Positions 1 to 5,162 of a stretch of DNA of 5,162 bases are shown in pieces (positions within the stretch are counted from its first letter, which is position 1; each line of letters opens with the position of its first letter). The position numbers and the translations under genes are program-made. The notes beneath the pieces were generated by a model. The model searched no databases. It was not told the origin of the DNA and worked only from the letters and a program-made list of their open reading frames with translations. The stretch lies in the IMG/VR virus record IMGVR_UViG_2529292977_000014; one strand, given 5' to 3'. The DNA comes from a virus (Duplodnaviria > Heunggongvirae > Uroviricota > Caudoviricetes).

Positions 1-234
1 ATGCGTGATGATCGTTTTAATTCCCTGAAACAGGAATTTTCCGGCGTTCCTGATGATGCGGCTGATGCGCTTTCGTCAATGCCAGAGCTTATTAGAGCGG
101 CTTTTTTCTTACTTTCCACGAGAGAATATAAATCAACGGGGCTTGATGTACTGAATATCGCCGCCGATTATGCGGAATATGTGGCAGAGGCGCGTTATAG
201 AAGAAAATTTCCTGAGGATGTAAGCCATGCGTGA
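1..234 (+). CDS. hypothetical protein (possibly 5'-partial; window starts at an in-frame ATG but the true start may lie upstream)
   Basis: Open frame 1-234 (77 aa) ending at TGA 232-234; same strand as and overlapping by 8 nt the next ORF; no recognisable motif. Confidence 0.35.
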   Translation: MRDDRFNSLKQEFSGVPDDAADALSSMPELIRAAFFLLSTREYKSTGLDVLNIAADYAEYVAEARYRRKFPEDVSHA

Positions 235-460
235 TATTTACCACCAAACAATAGACCGCGCATTTCTTGCACTTTCTCACAGTGAAAACATGATGGAAAT
301 ATTTCGCATATGGCTTGAAACACTTGGCGACAATGAACGCGACAAACAAAAATCAAGAATTGCCACGGCATTAATAACGCTTCTTGAGCCTGTAATAATG
401 GAACTGCAAGAAATAGATCTATTGCACGACAGATATAAAGAACAGCACACCGGAGAATAA
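227..460 (+). CDS. hypothetical small protein
   Basis: ATG at 227 preceded by GAGGA (213-217) at about 9 nt; 77 aa; overlaps the upstream ORF stop, suggesting operon coupling; no recognisable family. Confidence 0.45.
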   Translation: MRDIYHQTIDRAFLALSHSENMMEIFRIWLETLGDNERDKQKSRIATALITLLEPVIMELQEIDLLHDRYKEQHTGE

Positions 461-465
461 AAATA

Positions 466-765
466 ATGAAACTTAAATATTCTGGCTTAACTGCCAGTGG
501 CAACACTCACCCTAAATTTACGCGCGGTGATATTTACCGCGACCAGTACGGCGGCACGGTAATGATTAAGGGCGTGGAAGAACGGCGCGTAACCTACCGC
601 CGTGAAGGTTACGAATATGATTGCGTGATGCCTGTTTATCAGTTCCGGCGTGATTTTTCTCTGGTACAGACCGCGCCGCATAACGTGCCCACCAGCAACG
701 CCAGGGCACGGGCAAACATCCAGAAGCTGAAAACCATGGTTAACGGATTCAGGGGCAAGAAATGA
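466..765 (+). CDS. hypothetical protein, translationally coupled to downstream replication gene
   Basis: ATG at 466 preceded by GGAGA (450-454); 99 aa; its stop overlaps the start of the next gene as ATGA (762-765); basic, Arg/Tyr-rich; no recognisable family. Confidence 0.5.
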   Translation: MKLKYSGLTASGNTHPKFTRGDIYRDQYGGTVMIKGVEERRVTYRREGYEYDCVMPVYQFRRDFSLVQTAPHNVPTSNARARANIQKLKTMVNGFRGKK

Positions 766-2162
766 AAAGCGCACCGAACTTAAAAAAACAGCCTTACGAC
801 AAGATGACCGAAGTCATTATTTTTGCGGGTAGTGATGCCTGGGCACATGCGAAACAGTGGCAGGAACAGGACGGGCGACTGGCTGGCGATAATGTGCCTC
901 CCGTTGTGCTGGCTGATGATCAACTGGATGAACTGGCAGAACTGAGAATCATCGACGAGGGGCGCTATTGTGTCCGGCTGTACAAGGCAGGCCACATCAG
1001 GCCATCAAATATTAATGCCATTGCGCACAAGCTGGCGGCGGCGGGTGTAACTGATGCGAATTATTACCCCGAAGGGATGCACAGCCATATGCGGGAGAAC
1101 TGGCGCGAATACCTGGAACGGGTGCGCGGGAAAGAGCCGGCGGAAGAAAAAAACCACCAGCGAAAAACCACGCTACCGATGAGCGTTGGATCTACCGGAT
1201 ACGACACGCAACTGGATTACGTGGTTAAGGGGATTATTCCGGCGGTATCGCTATGCAGCATATACGGGGCTAGCGGGTCCTATAAATCATTCCTTGCCGG
1301 ATCGTGGGCGTGCCATGTTGCCACTGGTCGCCAGTGGGGAGGCCGCAGGGTTGCACATGGTGCGGTTCTCTATGTGGTTGGTGAAGGCGGTATAGGTGTT
1401 CCGCGTCGTGTAAAAGCCTGGGAGGTTGTGCACGATGAGCAGGTGAAAAATCTGTATCTGGTAAACCGCCCCATCTTTCCGGCTGCCCCGCTTGATGTTG
1501 ATGAAATGGTTATCGCTGCCCGTCAGGTGGAGCGGGAAACGGGTAAACCTGTACGCATGATTATTCTGGATACGCTGGCGCGTTGCTTTGGTGGGAATGA
1601 TGAAAATGATTCCCGTGATATGGGGGCGTTTATCCGTGGTTGTGACGAACTGAAACGACGCACAGGGGCCACGGTGCTGGTGGTTCACCATTCCGGCAAG
1701 GATGAGACGAAAGGCGCGCGCGGTTCCAGTGCATTTCGTGCTTCGCTGGATGCTGAATACCGGATACGCAGGGAGGACGCAGGAAGCGAAGCGCTGGTTA
1801 TCTCATGCACCAAAATGAAGGACGCGGAGGAACTCAAAGAAGCCGCATATGACTTACGCGTGGTGGAGCTTTTTACCGACGCTGACGGTGAATTAATCAC
1901 GTCGCTGGTGGTGGTGGATGATCCGCGCCCTCCTGTTGAACTGGAGCGCATCGAGGAGGCAGGGAACAAGACGGAAAACCATACCGCGCTATGGGGGTGC
2001 ATCCGTTCACGCACACAGAACGGCGACAAGTGCACGATCCCGCTGTTACGTGATGACATGAAAAAGCTGGGGTATGAAATGAAAAACTTCCGGCGCTGGC
2101 TGTACAAGCTGGAAAAAGATGGGGTTATTCGTATCGATGGGGATGATGTAGCGCCGCTATAA
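762..2162 (+). CDS. replication helicase/initiator, RecA-like P-loop NTPase (RepA/DnaB-like, AAA_25-type) with a putative C-terminal DNA-binding domain
   Basis: 466-aa ORF. Walker A GASGSYKS at aa 169-176 (nt 1266-1289); Walker B-like hydrophobic run ending in Asp, MIILD, at aa 266-270; LVVHHSGKDETKGARGSSAF motif at aa 306-325, typical of RepA-like helicases; basic C-terminal region (aa ~400-466) resembles a winged-helix origin-binding domain; iteron array begins at its stop codon. Confidence 0.75.
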   Translation: MKSAPNLKKQPYDKMTEVIIFAGSDAWAHAKQWQEQDGRLAGDNVPPVVLADDQLDELAELRIIDEGRYCVRLYKAGHIRPSNINAIAHKLAAAGVTDANYYPEGMHSHMRENWREYLERVRGKEPAEEKNHQRKTTLPMSVGSTGYDTQLDYVVKGIIPAVSLCSIYGASGSYKSFLAGSWACHVATGRQWGGRRVAHGAVLYVVGEGGIGVPRRVKAWEVVHDEQVKNLYLVNRPIFPAAPLDVDEMVIAARQVERETGKPVRMIILDTLARCFGGNDENDSRDMGAFIRGCDELKRRTGATVLVVHHSGKDETKGARGSSAFRASLDAEYRIRREDAGSEALVISCTKMKDAEELKEAAYDLRVVELFTDADGELITSLVVVDDPRPPVELERIEEAGNKTENHTALWGCIRSRTQNGDKCTIPLLRDDMKKLGYEMKNFRRWLYKLEKDGVIRIDGDDVAPL

Positions 2163-2353
2163 AAGTGAGGAGCAAAAGCGAGGGGGATAGAAAGAGGGCC
2201 AAAATTAGCCCGCTCTCCCTCACTTTTCGACCTGTATACATCCTCAAAAGTGAGGGGTAAAAAAATACTTATGAAACACACACATAGAAAAACCGAAAAT
2301 CCCAACTGCGACGAAGTGAGACGCTTGAAAAAGTGAGGCGAAAAAGTGAGAGG
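2161..2353. repeat. iteron-like repeat array; candidate origin of replication
   Basis: Exact AAAAGTGAGG at 2161-2170, 2246-2255 and 2329-2338; exact inverted copy CCTCACTTTT at 2218-2227; degenerate copies at 2174-2183 (AAAAGCGAGG), 2342-2351 (AAAAGTGAGA) and 2312-2321 (CGAAGTGAGA); A+T-rich tract 2256-2300 between copies; located immediately 3' of the helicase gene. Confidence 0.6.
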
Positions 2354-2362
2354 TTGCGAGAA

Positions 2363-2614
2363 ATGACCCAAAAACGCAGAGACAGAACAGAGCCAAAATA
2401 TAAAGCGTTAGACATGACTGAGCACACCTTAAAGGTGGCAATCAGAACGATAGACCGCCACACGCGGGAAGGATACGCGAAGGAACATCCCGACCTGATA
2501 AGCGCATTCATGACCACGGCGGCGGCAAACTTTGCCACGCTGACAGAACGGGAGATTGCCGAAGCGGAACAGGTAACAACCATCAACGTTAAAACCGGAG
2601 AGGTGGAATTATGA
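2363..2614 (+). CDS. hypothetical small protein, coupled to ssb
   Basis: ATG at 2363 preceded by GAGAGG (2348-2353); 83 aa; stop overlaps the ssb start as ATGA (2611-2614). The six-frame track extends this frame to 2333 (GTG), but the ATG with an RBS is preferred. Confidence 0.5.
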   Translation: MTQKRRDRTEPKYKALDMTEHTLKVAIRTIDRHTREGYAKEHPDLISAFMTTAAANFATLTEREIAEAEQVTTINVKTGEVEL

Positions 2615-3021
2615 CGGCACAGATAGCCGCTTACGGGCGGCTGGTGGACGACCCGCAGGTAAAACAGACCAGCAAGGGCACACCGATGACGCTGGCGCGT
2701 ATGGCGGTATCTTTGCCATGCAGCCAGGCACAGGACGGACAGGCGACGTTATGGTTATCGGTCATCGCATTTGGCAAACAGGCCGGCTTCCTGGCTAAAC
2801 ATCAAAAAGGCGATGTTGCCAGCGTATCCGGCACGATGCAGGTAAGCCAGTGGACCGGACAGAACGGAGAAACGCGGCAGGGCTGGCAGGTTATCGCAGA
2901 CAGCGTAATCAGTGCCCGCGCGGCACGTCCAGGCGGGAACAGACGCAAAACCACAGGCACACAGGGTAATCAGCCACCAGCGGGAGGCGATGACCCTTAC
3001 GGTGATGATATTTCGTTCTGA
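2611..3021 (+). CDS. ssb: single-stranded DNA-binding protein (SSB), short form
   Basis: 136 aa. The N-terminal OB-fold pattern parallels E. coli SSB (GRLVDDPQV vs GNLGQDPEV; LWLSVIAFGKQA vs WHRVVLFGKLA; SQWTGQNGETR vs RKWTDQSGQDR); Gly/Pro/Gln-rich linker; acidic C-terminal tip DDPYGDDISF resembling the SSB DDDIPF tail; RBS GGAGAGGTGG at 2596-2605. Confidence 0.8.
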   Translation: MTAQIAAYGRLVDDPQVKQTSKGTPMTLARMAVSLPCSQAQDGQATLWLSVIAFGKQAGFLAKHQKGDVASVSGTMQVSQWTGQNGETRQGWQVIADSVISARAARPGGNRRKTTGTQGNQPPAGGDDPYGDDISF

Positions 3022-3031
3022 GGGGGTGACG

Positions 3032-3304
3032 ATGGTACATGACCGCATAGCGGAGGAACTGGAGGCGAAAGGCTTTTACCGGAGGGCGGCGGCGCGATGG
3101 GGTGAAGTCATGCAGCTGGTGGAGACAGACAAGGAACGGCATCACATCACGATGCGACGGCTGGAATGTTCAAGGAAGGCACAGAGGGCACCGGAGCCGC
3201 CGGATAATTTCGGAGACCTGAAAAAGGCAGTCGATCGCACTTATGCCGAAATGGGTATAGATGGTGCTGGTGATGAAATATGGCGCAATTACCAGGACAG
3301 CTAA
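3032..3304 (+). CDS. PerC-family-like transcriptional regulator (Pch/PerC homologue), tentative
   Basis: 90 aa; ATG at 3032 preceded by GGGGGTGA; N-terminal motif EELEAKGFYRRAAARWGEVM matches my recollection of the conserved PerC/Pch motif (LE-KG-WRRAA-RW); size typical of the family; followed by an intrinsic terminator. Confidence 0.55.
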   Translation: MVHDRIAEELEAKGFYRRAAARWGEVMQLVETDKERHHITMRRLECSRKAQRAPEPPDNFGDLKKAVDRTYAEMGIDGAGDEIWRNYQDS

Positions 3305-3310
3305 TCAAAC

Positions 3311-3334
3311 AGCCGGAGAAATCCGGCTTTTTTT
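3311..3334 (+). terminator. rho-independent terminator (T1)
   Basis: Stem AGCCGGA (3311-3317) / TCCGGCT (3322-3328) with loop GAAA, followed by a T-run to 3334; 7 nt after the stop of the PerC-like gene. Confidence 0.7.
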
Positions 3335-3430
3335 GCACCAGTTGAAACGGTATGGCGCATTACCGGGTTTTCGTCACGGTCAGGCATAGTTACTATCTGA
3401 AACAAACAGACACAACAGAGGAAAAAAACA

Positions 3431-3655
3431 ATGCCGATGAAATTTGATGAGATATTAAAACAGCGTGATAAATACCATGCTGACAACATGGAGACGATGA
3501 GCATCAATGATTACCGCGCATTCCTGGAGACGGGCGCACTGATTGAAAAGGATCAGCATGGTTTTGTGAGATGTGCTCTATCCGGTGAAATGCTGGCGGT
3601 AAATCCTGAACAGATAGATGCATTGATAGAATTTCTGAAAGAGATCAGAGACTGA
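3431..3655 (+). CDS. hypothetical small protein (orphan, terminator-bracketed cargo gene)
   Basis: ATG at 3431 preceded by AGAGGA (about 3416-3422); 74 aa; acidic; own upstream intergenic region (3337-3430) and bracketed by terminators T1 and T2/T3; no recognisable family. Confidence 0.5.
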   Translation: MPMKFDEILKQRDKYHADNMETMSINDYRAFLETGALIEKDQHGFVRCALSGEMLAVNPEQIDALIEFLKEIRD

Positions 3656-3674
3656 GCCAGCACACAGCACACAT

Positions 3675-3697
3675 AGCCGGAGCAATCCGGCTTTTTT
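3675..3697 (+). terminator. rho-independent terminator (T2), near-duplicate of T1
   Basis: Stem AGCCGGA (3675-3681) / TCCGGCT (3686-3692) with loop GCAA, T-run 3692-3697; 26 of 29 nt identical to the T1 region. Confidence 0.7.
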
Positions 3698-3703
3698 GCG
3701 CCC

Positions 3704-3745
3704 AAAAAAAGCCCGATAAGGTCAGAGGGTTCTTATCGGGCTTTT
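3704..3745. terminator. second, possibly bidirectional, intrinsic terminator (T3)
   Basis: A-tract 3704-3710, perfect 10-bp stem GCCCGATAAG (3711-3720) / CTTATCGGGC (3732-3741), 11-nt loop, T-run 3742-3745. Confidence 0.6.
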
Positions 3746-3821
3746 GCATATGAGGTTTTTGGATGCACTGGCGTTCGTGATCGGGATAATCATTTCATAA
3801 TTTGCAACATAACTCAATATC

Positions 3822-3872
3822 ATTGCATAAAATGCAATTCTGATTATAATCAGGACTGGATAAACATCCAGT
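3822..3872 (+). promoter_or_regulatory. candidate repressor- or activator-controlled promoter with three palindromic operators upstream of the capsid operon
   Basis: Consensus -10 TATAAT at 3845-3850 inside a perfect 14-bp palindrome CTGATTATAATCAG (3840-3853); weak -35 TTGCAT (3823-3828, 16-bp spacer) inside palindrome ATTGCA-N5-TGCAAT (3822-3838); third palindrome ACTGGAT-N4-ATCCAGT (3855-3872) near the predicted start site; AT-rich intergenic region following two terminators. Confidence 0.45.
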
Positions 3873-3906
3873 TATGATTTTTTTAGTCGAAGAGGAATTT
3901 CTTACT

Positions 3907-4113
3907 ATGGCTGAAGAGAAAAAAAGCGGTGTTTCGGTGTACATAAGCCCCGAAATCGTGGAGGTGCTCAAGCAGCGCCACAAAAAAAACTATGAAGCTG
4001 GCGTTGCGGCTGGACTGGATCCGCTGATGACGCCGGAGCCGTCGATAGGTTCACTTGTACGCTCTTATTTACTTGCGGCGCTTGGGATGCATAAAAATTA
4101 TGGGGGTGAATAA
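3907..4113 (+). CDS. hypothetical small protein preceding the capsid gene (possible capsid-accessory protein)
   Basis: ATG at 3907 preceded by AAGAGGA (3890-3896); 68 aa; stop TAA overlaps the capsid ATG (TAATG, 4111-4115). The track ORF begins at ATG 3874, which lacks an RBS and sits inside the operator palindrome. Confidence 0.5.
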   Translation: MAEEKKSGVSVYISPEIVEVLKQRHKKNYEAGVAAGLDPLMTPEPSIGSLVRSYLLAALGMHKNYGGE

Positions 4114-5162
4114 TGGCAGGCAAAGCAACGGCACTTAACACTAACCAGCTTTTCATGTACCTGAATCGCGGGGATATTGCGGATTTTAAATTCAGCCCTC
4201 TGTTTACCACGCTGTTTTTCCCGAACGTGGCGACATTCAGCACGCAAAACATCATGCTGGATACCCTGGACATTGAAGAAGTCACCATGTCGGCGTTTTG
4301 TTCGCCTATGGTGGGTAGCCAGGTTCAGCGCGATAAAGGGTACGAAACCAGCACAATCAAACCTGGCTACATGAAGCCAAAGCACGAAATCGATCCAACG
4401 AAAACCATCATGCGCATGGCTGGAGAAGATCCGGCACAGCTTAACGACCCTACCTATCGCCGTATGCGCCTGATTACTGGCAACATGCGCCGCCAGATAA
4501 ACGCCATTAAGGCACGCGTGGAATGGCTGGCGGTGAATGCGGTAACGACCGGAAAAAACATCATTGAGGGCGAAGGCATAGAACGCTATGAAATCGACTG
4601 GAAAATACCGGAAAACTGCATCATAGAGCAGGCCAAGGGTAAAAAATGGTCCGAGCAGGATAAAGACATGCACGACCCAATCTATGACATCGAGCTTTAT
4701 GCTGATCAGGCTGGTTGCCCCGCAAACGTCATGATTATGGGCGCTGAGGTATGGCGCACATTACGCAGCTTTAAAAAATTCCGTGAGCTGTACGATCTTT
4801 CCCGTGGTTCAGAATCCGCCGCCGAACTGGCCTGTAAAAACCTGGGCGAAGTGGTGAGCTTTAAAGGCTATCTTGGTGATCTGGCCCTTATCGTCTATTC
4901 CGGCAAATACACTGACAGCGATGGTACCGAAAAATATTTCCTTGAGCCTGATTTGCTGGTCCTGGGTAACACCAACAATAAAGGGCTGGTGGCCTATGGT
5001 GCGATAATGGATCAGGAAGCGGTAAGAACGGGCGCTGCGGCACTGGGGATGGCGGATATCTCTGATGTGATGATTGCTCAGGGCCTGCTGTTGCCTGCGA
5101 TTGTGGTGCTGGGGCTAAATATCTGGACCACCAACGATAACGCGCTCTATGCGTCGGGTTTA
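4113..5162 (+). CDS. major capsid protein, lambda gpE-like (Phage_cap_E family), 3'-partial
   Basis: Open frame from ATG 4113 to the window end (350 codons, no stop), RBS GGGGGTG at 4102-4108. Strong motif-by-motif correspondence with lambda gpE as recalled: FKFSPLFTTLFF vs FKFDPLFLRLFF; KPGYMKPKHEIDP vs TPGYVKPKHEVNP; DPTYRRMRLITGNMR vs DPAYRRRRIIMQNMR; KWSEQDKDMHDP vs EWSKRDKSTYDP; SFKGYLGDLALIVYSGKY vs SYKGMYGDVAIVVYSGQY; VLGNT in both. Confidence 0.85.
   Translation, partial: MAGKATALNTNQLFMYLNRGDIADFKFSPLFTTLFFPNVATFSTQNIMLDTLDIEEVTMSAFCSPMVGSQVQRDKGYETSTIKPGYMKPKHEIDPTKTIMRMAGEDPAQLNDPTYRRMRLITGNMRRQINAIKARVEWLAVNAVTTGKNIIEGEGIERYEIDWKIPENCIIEQAKGKKWSEQDKDMHDPIYDIELYADQAGCPANVMIMGAEVWRTLRSFKKFRELYDLSRGSESAAELACKNLGEVVSFKGYLGDLALIVYSGKYTDSDGTEKYFLEPDLLVLGNTNNKGLVAYGAIMDQEAVRTGAAALGMADISDVMIAQGLLLPAIVVLGLNIWTTNDNALYASGL

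Noticed and set aside
92-774. Minus-strand ORFs 92-349, 195-506 and 487-774
   Set aside because: All are antisense to the plus-strand small-ORF operon, have odd Cys/Phe-rich composition and no ribosome-binding sites.
2161-2353. CRISPR array as an explanation for the repeated 10-mers
   Set aside because: Repeats are only 10 bp, irregularly spaced, include an inverted copy, and lack uniform spacers; this is iteron-like, not CRISPR-like.
2161-2360. DnaA boxes (TTATCCACA-like) in the putative origin
   Set aside because: No match to the DnaA box consensus found by eye in this region; the origin call rests on the iterons and AT-rich tract only.
2333-2362. GTG start at 2333 for the 83-aa ORF, as given in the six-frame track
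   Set aside because: It would place the start inside the iteron array with no RBS; the ATG at 2363 has a GAGAGG Shine-Dalgarno sequence and is preferred.
1685-2371. 228-aa minus-strand ORF overlapping the helicase 3' end and the iteron region
   Set aside because: Ser-rich, low-complexity translation with no start context; it is antisense to a well-supported helicase gene and to the repeat array, so most likely a spurious open frame.
3343-3370. Imperfect palindrome GAAACGGTA...TACCGGGTTTTC upstream of the 74-aa gene
   Set aside because: Arms are imperfect and I cannot distinguish an operator or RNA structure from chance; noted but not called.
2279-3676. Shared 9-mer CACACATAG at 2279-2287 and 3668-3676
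   Set aside because: A single 9-mer recurrence in 5 kb is within chance expectation; not treated as a repeat element.
3840-3853. Possible LexA box (CTG ... CAG palindrome)
   Set aside because: The E. coli LexA consensus is CTGT-N8-ACAG (16 bp); here CTG and CAG are separated by only 8 bp (14 bp total), so it does not fit the canonical SOS box. Kept only as a generic operator.
3907-4113. Assigning the 68-aa ORF as a lambda gpD-type head decoration protein because it precedes the capsid gene
   Set aside because: It is much shorter than gpD (about 110 aa) and I see no sequence resemblance; left as hypothetical.
4098-4673. 191-aa minus-strand ORF antisense to the capsid gene
   Set aside because: Lies wholly within the strongly supported capsid coding region on the other strand; no RBS; typical antisense artefact.

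Overview
All credible genes are on the + strand and tightly packed, with GC content and Shine-Dalgarno usage typical of Enterobacteriaceae. The window reads as the replication-to-capsid segment of a mobile element, either a prophage or, more interestingly, a phage-satellite-like island. In order: (1) three small overlapping ORFs of unknown function (1-765); (2) a 466-aa P-loop replication helicase/initiator (762-2162) with a Walker A motif GASGSYKS; (3) directly downstream, an iteron-like array of the 10-mer AAAAGTGAGG that I interpret as the origin of replication; (4) an 83-aa ORF translationally coupled to a single-stranded DNA-binding protein (2611-3021); (5) a roughly 90-aa PerC-family-like regulator (3032-3304); (6) a 74-aa orphan gene bracketed by near-identical terminators; (7) an AT-rich regulatory region with three palindromes around a consensus TATAAT; (8) a 68-aa ORF coupled to a lambda gpE-like major capsid protein that runs off the 3' end of the window. 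The most notable point is that this capsid gene sits immediately after the replication/regulatory block, with no portal, protease or scaffold genes between them. Protein family calls rest on motifs I recognise by eye from the translations; no database search was possible, and integrase or att sites, if present, lie outside the window.
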